A stretch of DNA of 64,000 nucleotides from NCBI GenBank assembly GCA_963826715.1, contig CAWGYA010000006.1, forward strand, positions 139,220 through 203,219. Reading direction: 5' to 3'. Shown piece after piece: positions 48,878-58,937 of the stretch (its first letter is position 1; each line of letters starts with the position of its first letter). The translations under genes and the position numbers were made by a program. The stretch comes from Candidatus Bathyarchaeota archaeon (GTDB lineage Archaea > Thermoproteota > Bathyarchaeia > Bathyarchaeales > Bathycorpusculaceae). Under the pieces are notes generated by a model. It did no database searches and was not told the DNA's origin. It saw only the letters and a program-made list of their open reading frames with translations.

Positions 48878-49381
48878 ATGCCTAAGCCCTCCAAAATCCG
48901 TCCTAAATCCAAAGTGAAGCCTAAGCCCAAGCAAAAGGGAAAAGCTACGCCTGAGACGCCGGGCATAACGATGCAAAAGTCATATTGGGTAGTGCTTGAA
49001 GGACTCATGGTAGTTTTCGTTTCGATTTTGGGCACAGTTTCGGGTTTGACTATAGCTACTGTGGCAGCTTTGAATGTTGCCATCGCTGTGACAGTTGCGT
49101 TGGTGGGTTATATCCGCGTGACGCCTTCCAAGCTGTCAATTAGCAAACGTGCCACGTTCATCTTTGCAGGGGTTTCCATAATCGGCTTTAGCATTTGGGC
49201 GATCATTACCCTTTACGCTAACGCCAATGGAATCCTGTTGCAGATAGCGCAAGCGGTAGGGGGCCAGGTCTTTATAGTGACAAGTCTTGTTACCTGCCTC
49301 TCAGCGGGGGCTTTTGCTGGCGAGTTAATTGGGCAGAATCGAAGAGTACAAGAGCGACTTTTTCCACCAAAAATGGATTAA
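48878..49381 (+). CDS. Membrane protein (4 TM) with basic N-terminus
   Basis: K/P-rich start followed by four hydrophobic segments. Confidence 0.7.
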   Translation: MPKPSKIRPKSKVKPKPKQKGKATPETPGITMQKSYWVVLEGLMVVFVSILGTVSGLTIATVAALNVAIAVTVALVGYIRVTPSKLSISKRATFIFAGVSIIGFSIWAIITLYANANGILLQIAQAVGGQVFIVTSLVTCLSAGAFAGELIGQNRRVQERLFPPKMD

Positions 49382-49464
49382 ATAGATAACTGTGTTTGGC
49401 AGATGCGCGCGGAAGCTTTAAGAGTACAAGCTTTAGCATTTTCTAACTGCAAGGACAGACCCCA

Positions 49465-50343
49465 ATGAAATTCGGCATCATGACACGCAACCCAGAAGCA
49501 TGGAGCAGCTCACAAGTCCGTGAGGCTCTGACCAAACGCGGCATAGAATATGAATGCTTCACTTTTCCCCGTTTAGTTGCACGCATAGCCTATAAACCCT
49601 ACTTTAAAATTAATAACATAAGTATCTTGGACGACTTAGATGCCCTCATCATTCGCCCAATCGGACGCGGTAGCCTTGAGGAACTCGTGTTCCGAATGGA
49701 CATGCTCTACAAGCTGGAACGTCAAGGTTTCTATATGGTCAACCCTCCTGCCGCGATTGAACATTGCGTAGACAAATACGACATACTCTCGTTGCTCGAA
49801 GATGTCGGGGTCCCCGTGCCGCGAACCCTTGCGACCGAGAGCGTAAACGAAGCCATAAAAGCTTTCGCCGAACTCGGCGGCGATGTAATCGTAAAACCTA
49901 TTTTCGGTTCACGCGGTCAAGGCGCAACTCGGGTAAACGATATTGATATCGCCGACACCATCTTCAAAGCCATCACCTTTCATCACGGCGTAATCTACAT
50001 CCAGGAATTCGTGCCACATGGAACCAGCGACATTAGAGCCTTTGTCATAGGTGACCAAGTAGTATCCTCGATGCGCCGAGTAGCAGAAGGTTGGAAAACC
50101 AACTACAGTCGTGGAGCCAAACCCGCTCCAGCAAGAATTAATAGGGAATTTGAAGAAATAGCTATCAAATCTGCAAAGGCAGTTGGATGCAAAATTGCAG
50201 GAGTAGACATCTTGGAGGGCCCTGATGGTCCTCGGATTGTGGATGTTAATAGCCAGCCGGGTTGGAAGGGTCTGCAGGTTGTAGCAGACGTGAATATAGG
50301 CGATGAAATCGTCAAGTTTGTCCTTCAAGAACTCAAGAAATAG
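49465..50343 (+). CDS. RimK-family ATP-grasp alpha-L-glutamate ligase (MptN/CofF-like)
   Basis: KPIFGSRG.G, YIQEF, DIR.FV, WKTN, GVD and VNSQPG motifs. Confidence 0.9.
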   Translation: MKFGIMTRNPEAWSSSQVREALTKRGIEYECFTFPRLVARIAYKPYFKINNISILDDLDALIIRPIGRGSLEELVFRMDMLYKLERQGFYMVNPPAAIEHCVDKYDILSLLEDVGVPVPRTLATESVNEAIKAFAELGGDVIVKPIFGSRGQGATRVNDIDIADTIFKAITFHHGVIYIQEFVPHGTSDIRAFVIGDQVVSSMRRVAEGWKTNYSRGAKPAPARINREFEEIAIKSAKAVGCKIAGVDILEGPDGPRIVDVNSQPGWKGLQVVADVNIGDEIVKFVLQELKK

Positions 50344-51331
50344 ACATCATCATAGTGTAGGGATCGACAGCGGTTATTGGAAAAGCCTGTGGCTTACCGT
50401 TTTTAGTTAGACACCGCTTTTTTGTTTTTGTGAATTCTCCTATGAAATACCCCGTAAGTCCTAACTTTTCTAAAGCTTCTTTGACTTCTTGTTGCGACTC
50501 TGGTTTAACAGCCGCCAAAATTGTACCAGTAGAAGACATCGCCAACAACTGTTCAGCACTGAGACCAAAATGGACTTGCAGCATCAAAGCCTCTTCTGGA
50601 AAAGGAATCATGCCCCAGTCCACTCGAAAACCTAGCTTTGATGCTACCGCCAGTTCGTTTAGCGCAGTGACAAAGCCACCCTCCGTCGCATCGTGCATCG
50701 CATGGATACCGCCGATTTTTGCAAGCACCAACGCCTCTTTTACACAACTCTGCATGGTAACAAGGTTTGCATATTGTTTCTGTTTAGCCGCACCGAAGAG
50801 TTTCTTTGCTGGTTCTAAATTTGCAAGGGCAAAATTTGTGATCGTCTCTATGCCTAAAGGTTTAGTGCATAAAATTAGGTCGCCTTCCTTTGCCCCACCG
50901 GATGTTATAAAACGCTTGGGTTCAATGGACCCGTAGATAGTACAAACACCCAGAAGGTCTTTTAAACTATCATACATACCAGTGTGACCACGAACGATAG
51001 CTATACCCAATTCGTCTGCAGCGCGACAAGTTTGCACCATGACCCTTTGGAAACGTTGGGGGTCAATTGACCGCGGGCCAAGCAGCGTGATTGTACAGAA
51101 CTCTGGCTTAGCACCAGATAGAGCCACATCCGATGCAGCATAGTTAATGAGGAACCAACCGAACCATTCCTCTGGCACTCCAGTGCAGGGGTCTGTAGCA
51201 ACCGCCACAACTTTGTCGCCTAAAAGATGCACACCTGAATCGAAACCGATTTGAGGCGGCACAATAACGCGATTATCCACTTTTATGCAATCGAGCATTT
51301 TTTGAAGCTCTTTGCTACATAGTTTGCCCAT
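50333..51331 (-). CDS. AIR synthase (PurM/HypE/ThiL superfamily)-like protein
   Basis: G.D, TDP, SDVA, GHT and MHDATEGG motifs. Confidence 0.85.
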   Translation of the reverse strand: MGKLCSKELQKMLDCIKVDNRVIVPPQIGFDSGVHLLGDKVVAVATDPCTGVPEEWFGWFLINYAASDVALSGAKPEFCTITLLGPRSIDPQRFQRVMVQTCRAADELGIAIVRGHTGMYDSLKDLLGVCTIYGSIEPKRFITSGGAKEGDLILCTKPLGIETITNFALANLEPAKKLFGAAKQKQYANLVTMQSCVKEALVLAKIGGIHAMHDATEGGFVTALNELAVASKLGFRVDWGMIPFPEEALMLQVHFGLSAEQLLAMSSTGTILAAVKPESQQEVKEALEKLGLTGYFIGEFTKTKKRCLTKNGKPQAFPITAVDPYTMMMSIS

Positions 51332-51332
51332 T

Positions 51333-51881
51333 TTATAAATACGCCTTCAACGCTTTACTTGCCTGCAGCAGTAAAACTGCGAACACCGTAATGCCCAGTT
51401 CAGGCAAAATATAGCTGGCGTTGTACACCGCAGAGTATAGTAAGGGGTCAACATTTGGTGCATAAATTGGCGCCCAATAGGCTACTCCTGAAATGAAACT
51501 CATCACAAAGCGCAAAGATACACCTACCGCTGCACCAGCAACTGGATACCTTGAGAAAAACCCAGCTATCCCCAAAACACCAAACGCCAACGGGTAATCA
51601 AGTAACACTTGGAAAGGATCAATTGCATAAGGCATGATTGCAAACTGGATAAAACCATAGAGTACAGCGGCAATTACACCAACTTTTGGTCCTCTTCGCA
51701 ACGCCAACCAAATAATAGGCACCATCGACGCCAGCGTTATAGAGCCCCCCTGCGGCATAACATAAACCACGATAGTGCTTAACGCCGTCGCCAATGCTGT
51801 GAAAATTGCAGCTTCAGCTAAAACTTTTGGATTTCTAAAAGAATTTGGTTTTTGATATTCACTTTTATATGAAGTACTCAT
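51333..51881 (-). CDS. thiT: Energy-coupled thiamine transporter S component
   Basis: MPQGGSIT, LRRG, Q.LLDY.LAF and YS.VYN.SY motifs; TPP riboswitch upstream. Confidence 0.92.
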   Translation of the reverse strand: MSTSYKSEYQKPNSFRNPKVLAEAAIFTALATALSTIVVYVMPQGGSITLASMVPIIWLALRRGPKVGVIAAVLYGFIQFAIMPYAIDPFQVLLDYPLAFGVLGIAGFFSRYPVAGAAVGVSLRFVMSFISGVAYWAPIYAPNVDPLLYSAVYNASYILPELGITVFAVLLLQASKALKAYL

Positions 51882-51883
51882 CT

Positions 51884-51976
51884 TTTTCCCTCCGCCAGTA
51901 TTACCTGGTTCAGGTTCACAGGGTCGACAGAAGAAACTATCCTCTCAGCCGGGTCATTTCCCAGCTCCCCAAGAAC
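51884..51976 (-). ncRNA. TPP (THI-box) riboswitch
   Basis: Minus strand GTTCTTGGGGAGCTGGG...CCCGGCTGAGAGG...GACCCTGTGAACCTGAACCAGGTAATACTGGCGGAGGGAA carries the canonical GCTGAGA, ACCTGA and TAAT..GCG.AGG elements. Confidence 0.92.
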
Positions 51977-52530
51977 TAAAAAAGAGATAGCGGACACGAA
52001 TAATATTAGTTTTGTGTCCAAAAAGGAGGTTTAGTATGGAAGAGATTTTAAAGCAGAAACATAAAATCCGAAGTCACTAAGAAAACCTTCGTCTCCACGC
52101 CCCAATCCGAGTAAACCGCACCGGCTACAACGGGGAAAGAGCGAGTTTCCGAAGTGTTTTTAGCCGCATAGAAAAAGGCCGAGTTGTCGCTGGGTTGAAG
52201 ACTGTAGCTGAAACATAGGAAGCGATTCCGTGCTTGTAGGTTTGCGAGATTCCAACGAGCTATGCGAGTTGGGTGTAACCTGTGTTTTGGTTTTCTAGCC
52301 CTTGGAGGAAAGAGGAAAACCCAACACCATCGCAACGGCAACGTGTCCCCTAGACACCCCTTAAGGAAGATTACTAAAGCAGATGCTGTGATTTGAGCTA
52401 CTTTTGCTAGATTCAAAACAAGAAAGATATTTTGGTGCCGCAGTCAAAACCTTAAAGATACAAAAAAATTGATGGGACAATTCGTCTTTAAATAGCATGA
52501 CATCAAAAATAGGTGTTTCACCTGTTTATT

Positions 52531-53751
52531 TTAAGGATTTTTGCAGATATCACTTTTTTCCGCCGAGTCTTCTTGGTTTTTTACTCGGGTAACACGACCT
52601 GCAAGAAAAGGAATTATGAGCGACATAATTAGTGTTCCAAGTATTACCAATGAAAAACCGGCTTCATCAATGAATCCTTCGCCGAAAGCAACCGTTGCAA
52701 TAACGATTCCAATAGCGCCTCTACCACCCAAGATACCAGCTAGCCGCTTAGGAGATACATCCACCTCGGGCTTCAACGCTTTTCTTGAAACGTAATAAGT
52801 TAAAGAAACCCCAACACCCAAAGCTATAGATATCAACACAACTAAACCAATGTAATCTAGATAATTTATCCCCGCTAATATTACTTCTACACCTGCGAAA
52901 CCAAAGAAGATAGGAACAAAGAAGATGCTATTCATTGTAGACAACGTTTGACTTACTCTATCATAAGCTTTCCTTCCAATTAAGCCATCGTGAAAAATTA
53001 ACCCTGCAAAGAAAGCACCTAAAATGTAACTTAGCCCCATGATTTGGAAAACAGCAGAAACTAGAAGAGCAATAACAAGTAACAAAGCAAATGCAAAATC
53101 TGTCCGTTTAAAGAAACCTGATGCACAAAATAATATCCTCCGTATAAATTCAGGTTTATGATTCAAAAGTAGATCTAAAACCGCGAAGATAATAATGAAA
53201 ACTATTATTTCCAGAATTATTGTCAAAGTACTTTCTATCGGACGTAAAATAGCAGCTAGAAAAACAAAAGCCAACAAGTCTGAAATTGTAACAGACGCGA
53301 CAATAATTTGTCCTGTTGTAGTTTGAAGTAGTTTATATTGCCAAATAAGAACAGAAACTATTGAAAGCGACGGAACTGCGATCGCTAAGGCGAGAATGAA
53401 GTTTTCGCCATTTCCAAAAGGAAAGAAAAACATGCCTGCTACCATCATCAATGCAAGTGGTACAAGAAAGCTTGTAATCGAAAATAGTGAAGCAATACGG
53501 ATTTTCCTCTGAAGCATTTGCGTTTTCATTTCGAACCCTATATGAAAAATAATGAAAAACAACGCAATTGAGGAAACAGCCCGCAACGCGTTGTCAGCAA
53601 CTATTAAACCCAGCAAAGAAGGTCCAATTATCATGCCAGCTAAGATTTCGCCAACAACTGACGGAAGGGAAAATCTTTCAAAAAGTTCACCGATTAGAAG
53701 CGCCGCTGCCAATACAATCAATACATCAGTTATGATACTAAACGGTTCCAA
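52531..53751 (-). CDS. Cation:proton antiporter (CPA2/Kef-type)
   Basis: PSVVGEILAG..IGP, ILGAFFAG, FVPIFF and RG motifs; ~12 TM. Confidence 0.88.
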   Translation of the reverse strand: MEPFSIITDVLIVLAAALLIGELFERFSLPSVVGEILAGMIIGPSLLGLIVADNALRAVSSIALFFIIFHIGFEMKTQMLQRKIRIASLFSITSFLVPLALMMVAGMFFFPFGNGENFILALAIAVPSLSIVSVLIWQYKLLQTTTGQIIVASVTISDLLAFVFLAAILRPIESTLTIILEIIVFIIIFAVLDLLLNHKPEFIRRILFCASGFFKRTDFAFALLLVIALLVSAVFQIMGLSYILGAFFAGLIFHDGLIGRKAYDRVSQTLSTMNSIFFVPIFFGFAGVEVILAGINYLDYIGLVVLISIALGVGVSLTYYVSRKALKPEVDVSPKRLAGILGGRGAIGIVIATVAFGEGFIDEAGFSLVILGTLIMSLIIPFLAGRVTRVKNQEDSAEKSDICKNP

Positions 53752-53938
53752 GCCAATCTATGTATTCTTCAACAAACAGGTATTTCTCGTTTACTTCTCT
53801 TTCTTTTTGGTGAATGCCACTAAACTAAGGTAAGTGATCAATTCAAATAATGTATCGTGTATCATTGAAAATGGGATAATGTTTTTAGGTTCTACCTCAA
53901 TCTTGCTAAAGTCAATTGCTAATATCGGGATGATAAAC

Positions 53939-56401
53939 ATGCGCTCTTTGCCTAAAGATTATAACTTTGCAGAAATCGAATCGAAATGGCAAACGAAATG
54001 GGAAGAAATGGGCATCTACCATTACGATTGGAATGACATGTCACGAGAGCCCTTTAGCATCGATACCCCCCCACCCTATCCATCTGGCGAATTACATATG
54101 GGGAATGTGCTCAACTGGACCTATTTTGACATTGTAGCACGTTATAAGCGCATGCAAGGTTTCAACGTTTTATTCCCACAAGGTTGGGATTGCCATGGCC
54201 TCGGAATAGAGATTCAGGTAGAAAAAGCAAATAATATTCGCAAACGTGAGCTTCCCTCAGAGCAGTTCCGTAGCATGTGTATGGCACTAGTCGAGAAGTA
54301 TATTGCTATGATGAAAGAGGGCATCCTGAAATTGGGGTGCAGTATCGATTGGACTACCGAATACAAAACGATGGATCCCGACTACTGGCGCCGGACTCAA
54401 CTCAGTTTCATATTGCTCTATTTGAAGGGCTTCATGTATAGGGGCACGCATCCCGTTAACTGGTGCCCACGAGACGAAACAGCTATAGCAGACGCTGAAG
54501 TCGATCACATTAAACGTGAAGGCACGCTACACTATATTAAATATCAATTGGCAGGCACAAGCGAGTACCTGCTCATCGCCACCTCTCGTCCCGAATTCAT
54601 CCCTGCATGTGTCGCTGTCGAAGTCAACCCCAAAGATGAACGCTACGCAAAATATATTGGAAGAAAAATTATGGTTCCATTGATGAACCGCGAAGTCACA
54701 ATCATCGCTGAAGAATCTGTAGATCCCAAATTCGGCACAGGTGTTGTCCAGATTTGCACTTATGGCGACAAAGACGATGTAAAAACAGTAATAAAACACA
54801 AGCTCCCCGTCATCCGTCTCATTAACGAGAGCGGCAGAATCACTGATGCAGGCTGCAAATACACTGGACTCTATCTCAACCAGGCTCGGACGACCATCGT
54901 TGCCGACTTAAAAGAAGCTGGGCTACTTGAAAAAACTGAGAAAATCCAGCAGGAGATCGGCGTATGCGACCGATGTAAAACCCACGTTGAAATTCTTGAA
55001 CGTAAGCAGTGGTTCATGAAAACCCTACCGCTATCCTCCGCGGTAGAAAAAAACGCAAACGAGATTCCATGGTACCCTGATTATATGAAGAACCGCCTTA
55101 TTGATTGGACAAGGGCTCTTGATTGGGATTGGGTTATAAGCCGACAAAGAATATTCGCCACGCCTATTCCGGTATGGTACTGCAAAGGATGCGGAGAACT
55201 CATTCTAGCCGAACTTGACTGGGTGCCTATTGACCCTAAATTGGAGCCGCCTCGGATTAAGGCCTGCCCTAAATGCAGCGGAAAAGATTTCGAAGCTGAA
55301 CAGGATGTAATGGATACCTGGATGGATAGCTCAATAACCTGCGCAGTCCACGCTGGCTGGCCAGACCGTGAAGATTGGAAGCACCTCTACCCCACGAGCA
55401 TGCATCCATCGGGCACAGACATTATCCGCACCTGGGCATACTACCTTATGGTGCGACATCTCGCACTTTTTGATGAGCGCCCCTTTAACAGTGTCCTTAT
55501 AAATGGCATGGTTCTTGGTTCCGATGGTAGAAAAATGAGCAAATCTCTTAAAAATTACGCTGCCGCTCCAGAAGTACTAGGCAAAAACGGTGCCGACGCC
55601 ACTCGGCAATGGGCTGCCGCGGGAGGCGCTACGGGCTCCGATATCCCCTACCGTGCACAAGACGTGGAATATGGTAGACGTTTCCTCGTCAAACTTTGGA
55701 ACGTAGCTGGATTTGCCTGCAAATTACTCGGCGATTATGACTCCAAAAAAGCAAGTGAAGTTCAGTTGCAACTTCTTGACAAATGGATAATAAGCAAAAC
55801 CGAGAATCTCACCAGAAAAGTTACCTCAGCCTTCGAACGCTGCCAATTTAACATGGCTGTTGAGGAAATACGTAATTTCACATGGCATGTATTCTGCGAT
55901 TTCTACGTCGAAGCCGTTAAAGATCGCCTCTATCGTCCTGAGGTTTATGGAAAAGCCAATGCAGCCGCCGCCCAACACACACTTTACGAGGTACTTTACC
56001 GCATTCTTCAACTGCTTGCACCAGTTACGCCACATTTGACAGAAGAGATTTACGAGTATATGTACCGAGACGACAAAGGTTACTGTAGCATACAAATTTC
56101 GGCTTGGCCTAAATTCAACCCTAACATGGTGGATGATATCATTGAACGCAACGGAGACTTAATAACAGCTATTATGAGCGAAGTCCGACGCGACAAAGCC
56201 GAAAAGAAAATGCCTTTAAACGCTCCCGTTAAAAACCTCAAAATCTACGCTTCAAACGCCGAAACCGCTGGTGCCATCCGACAAGGATGCACCGATATAG
56301 CCGCCACCCTAAAGATTGAAACGATACGGGTGGTTTCTCAGAAACTTTCAGGGGGCAGACAGGTCGCTCAAAGCGAAGTCTTTATTGAAACCGAATACTA
56401 G
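53939..56401 (+). CDS. valS: Valine--tRNA ligase (archaeal type)
   Basis: DTPPPY, HMGN, GWDCHG, DWVISRQR and KMSKS motifs; start reassigned. Confidence 0.96.
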   Translation: MRSLPKDYNFAEIESKWQTKWEEMGIYHYDWNDMSREPFSIDTPPPYPSGELHMGNVLNWTYFDIVARYKRMQGFNVLFPQGWDCHGLGIEIQVEKANNIRKRELPSEQFRSMCMALVEKYIAMMKEGILKLGCSIDWTTEYKTMDPDYWRRTQLSFILLYLKGFMYRGTHPVNWCPRDETAIADAEVDHIKREGTLHYIKYQLAGTSEYLLIATSRPEFIPACVAVEVNPKDERYAKYIGRKIMVPLMNREVTIIAEESVDPKFGTGVVQICTYGDKDDVKTVIKHKLPVIRLINESGRITDAGCKYTGLYLNQARTTIVADLKEAGLLEKTEKIQQEIGVCDRCKTHVEILERKQWFMKTLPLSSAVEKNANEIPWYPDYMKNRLIDWTRALDWDWVISRQRIFATPIPVWYCKGCGELILAELDWVPIDPKLEPPRIKACPKCSGKDFEAEQDVMDTWMDSSITCAVHAGWPDREDWKHLYPTSMHPSGTDIIRTWAYYLMVRHLALFDERPFNSVLINGMVLGSDGRKMSKSLKNYAAAPEVLGKNGADATRQWAAAGGATGSDIPYRAQDVEYGRRFLVKLWNVAGFACKLLGDYDSKKASEVQLQLLDKWIISKTENLTRKVTSAFERCQFNMAVEEIRNFTWHVFCDFYVEAVKDRLYRPEVYGKANAAAAQHTLYEVLYRILQLLAPVTPHLTEEIYEYMYRDDKGYCSIQISAWPKFNPNMVDDIIERNGDLITAIMSEVRRDKAEKKMPLNAPVKNLKIYASNAETAGAIRQGCTDIAATLKIETIRVVSQKLSGGRQVAQSEVFIETEY

Positions 56402-56410
56402 GCGAATGAT

Positions 56411-57145
56411 ATGAAAAAAACAGTTGGATTGATCGGTTGCGGCGCTATCGGAACAGTTCTTGCCGAAGCGATAGAACGCAAAGTAGTTGTCTGCAATGAA
56501 CTCGTTGTTTATGACACCGACGCAGCTAAAGCCCAGAAACTAAAGCGTCAATTGAGCTTTCGAGTTAAGATCGCTAGCTGCGTTGATGAGTTAATTTCGA
56601 CAAAACCAAAAGTGATTGTTGAAGCGGCAGGTCAGCAGGCAGTCCGCGACTATTACGACAAACTTATAGCATCAAATTCTCAGATAATTGTGATGAGTAC
56701 TGGCGCACTTTTGAATTTAAACAGTGATGACCCCAAAGTTCATTTTCCAGCGGGAGCCATCGGAGGCATAGATGCCATTTCCAGTGCCGCAAACGCAGGC
56801 ATCGAAGAAGTTACATTGATTTCACGAAAAAACCCCCAAGCTCTTGGAAAAGTCAATACCGAAAAGATGATAATATATGAAGGAACCGCAAAAGAGGCAG
56901 CAAGACTGTATCCCCGCGAGATGAACGTGGCAGCAACATTGGCGTTAACAGTAAAACCGATTCAAATAAAAGTCATAGTCATTTCCGATCCTGCAGTGAC
57001 ACGCAATACACATGAAATCCAAGTGAAGTGGCGCTTTGGTGAAATGGACCTTCGCTTCGCAAACGATCCACACCCAGAAAACCCCCACACCAGCGCACTC
57101 GCTGCATGGTCCGCCATAAGTTTGCTTCAAAAATTGTTAGAGTGA
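56411..57145 (+). CDS. nadX: L-aspartate dehydrogenase
   Basis: GCGAIG, VEAA, GAIGGID, NVAA, HEI and NP.TS.LA motifs. Confidence 0.9.
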   Translation: MKKTVGLIGCGAIGTVLAEAIERKVVVCNELVVYDTDAAKAQKLKRQLSFRVKIASCVDELISTKPKVIVEAAGQQAVRDYYDKLIASNSQIIVMSTGALLNLNSDDPKVHFPAGAIGGIDAISSAANAGIEEVTLISRKNPQALGKVNTEKMIIYEGTAKEAARLYPREMNVAATLALTVKPIQIKVIVISDPAVTRNTHEIQVKWRFGEMDLRFANDPHPENPHTSALAAWSAISLLQKLLE

Positions 57146-57350
57146 AAATCGAACCAGTTCTTGCATTAAAAATTTTTAGAGAGTCAAGCAGGTGGGATTT
57201 AAGATCCGATTTTTTCGAGTTTACTGCAGAAAATTTTTCTCAACAGATAAAATAGATTCTATGGCAAAGAACCAAAAGGGTATTAGCTGTGAATGTAAGA
57301 GGGTGAAAAGATTTTATATAAATAAAAAATGAAGAAAAAAAATAATTAGT

Positions 57351-58937
57351 TTATTGGTTAGTTGTGTCGTCTTCGTTTTCGTCTGTTTGGTGGATTTGGT
57401 CGGTGACCTCGTCTGTAGCTTCTTCCTCGGAAGGCGCCTCTTGGGGCGCTTCTAAAGGGTGGGCTGGAACGTGGGCCTCCTCCACAATGACCGGTTCAAC
57501 AATTTGATCTTCAATTGCCTGATCCATAACTTTCTCAAGGGTGGTTTCCATTGGAACATGCTCGGTAACTTCGAATGATTGCAACGGAACTCCAACTGTT
57601 TGCTGCGGTGCGTCTTCGGTGATTGTGACTTCGGGTGCGGTCTCTATTAATTCTTCATCTATTGAACCTTCTTCGATTGGGACTTCAACTGCAGCTTCCT
57701 CAACAGGCAAAGTAATCTCCATATTCGCATCGTCTTCCTCGATTGGGGTTTCCACAACGGCTGGTTCATAGATAGTTGGTTCAGCAACAAATACTTCTGT
57801 ATCAGCTTCATTTTCGAAAGTTTCATTTTCTGAAGCCTCTTCAATTGCAGCTACGTCTTCGTTTGCAATTTCATCTGTAGTTCCCTCTACTGCGGGAGCT
57901 TCAATGAAAACTTCAGATGCTGCTTCAATTGATGCGACCTCGGATTCTGCGACCATGGTTTCTGAAGAGACATCTTCAACTGGCGCTTCTAAATGCGCAA
58001 CTTCAGTAGTTGTAATCTCTTCGGGAGAAATTTCAATAGGGGCATCTTCGACAACAAATTCGATTGGAGACCCATCAGACACCTCCGCTTCTTCCACGGA
58101 TTCAATGGGCACATTATCAATAGCAATCTCGCCTAAAGATTCGAGTGGAGCAGCATCAACTATTGTTTCAATTGCGGTTTCTTCTTCAACTTGAGCAGGG
58201 ATTTCTATTGGAGCTTCATTAACGGGAGTCTCAACCAAGTTTTCCTCAATAGCAGGCATTTCAATAGGCATTGCTTCAACCGATTGCTCAACAACTATTT
58301 CTGCGGGGGTACTTTCAGCTTCAGTAACTTGACCTTCGATTGGAGCCTCAATGGGCGAAGCTACGATTTCAACAGCTGGTGATGTTTCAATTGGAGATGT
58401 TTCTAAAAAGACAGGTTCAATTGGCGCTGTTTCAACTGGAAGGTCAACAAGAGTTGATTCTACTGGGGTGGAAGAGGCTGCAACTACTGGAGCAGCAACT
58501 TCGGGAGCGCAAGTGCAAACACAAGATGCCGCCGCTGGTGGTTGGGGAGCGGGAAAAAGCTGGTTTGTTGCTTCCTTAATTACGCCCAACTCATTACGAG
58601 TTGTTTCAAGACTTGTTGAAAGAAGGGTCAATTCCCGAGCATAAATATCCTCGTCGATTTCTCCCACAACATGCTGGATTTCATAGTTAGCTAAGAGCAT
58701 CTCCAAAGTCTTTATTTGGTTTTCCAGTTCCTGGGTTTTTGCTTGCATTTTCTCTGAGAGGTTTTGGCGTTGCTTTTCAATTTCCTCTATTGCTTTAACT
58801 ATATCATCGGTAAATGCATCACGAGTGGCTTGCGAGATTTTTCCTGATGCACAAAGGTTATCTAGGGCTTGCTTCTTTTTTGTAGCAATTTCGTATTCTT
58901 CATTTAAACGTTTAAACGTGTATTTCCATGAAATCAA
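57351..58937 (-). CDS. CdvA-like coiled-coil protein with very long acidic low-complexity tail
   Basis: KKKQALDNL..SGKISQ.T and LANYEIQHVVGEIDED.Y pattern of the CdvA coiled coil; ~400 aa E/P/A/V/I-rich tail; start reassigned to TTG 58937. Confidence 0.72.
   Translation of the reverse strand: MISWKYTFKRLNEEYEIATKKKQALDNLCASGKISQATRDAFTDDIVKAIEEIEKQRQNLSEKMQAKTQELENQIKTLEMLLANYEIQHVVGEIDEDIYARELTLLSTSLETTRNELGVIKEATNQLFPAPQPPAAASCVCTCAPEVAAPVVAASSTPVESTLVDLPVETAPIEPVFLETSPIETSPAVEIVASPIEAPIEGQVTEAESTPAEIVVEQSVEAMPIEMPAIEENLVETPVNEAPIEIPAQVEEETAIETIVDAAPLESLGEIAIDNVPIESVEEAEVSDGSPIEFVVEDAPIEISPEEITTTEVAHLEAPVEDVSSETMVAESEVASIEAASEVFIEAPAVEGTTDEIANEDVAAIEEASENETFENEADTEVFVAEPTIYEPAVVETPIEEDDANMEITLPVEEAAVEVPIEEGSIDEELIETAPEVTITEDAPQQTVGVPLQSFEVTEHVPMETTLEKVMDQAIEDQIVEPVIVEEAHVPAHPLEAPQEAPSEEEATDEVTDQIHQTDENEDDTTNQ

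Noticed and set aside
52040-52375. RNase P RNA, SRP RNA or c-di-AMP riboswitch
   Set aside because: Diagnostic cores (P4 pairing, SRP helix-8 motif, CAGCUAAC) were not found in the right order.
676-58644. Many short ORFs antisense to or nested in confident genes
   Set aside because: Shadow ORFs with no motifs, fully overlapping well-supported CDSs.
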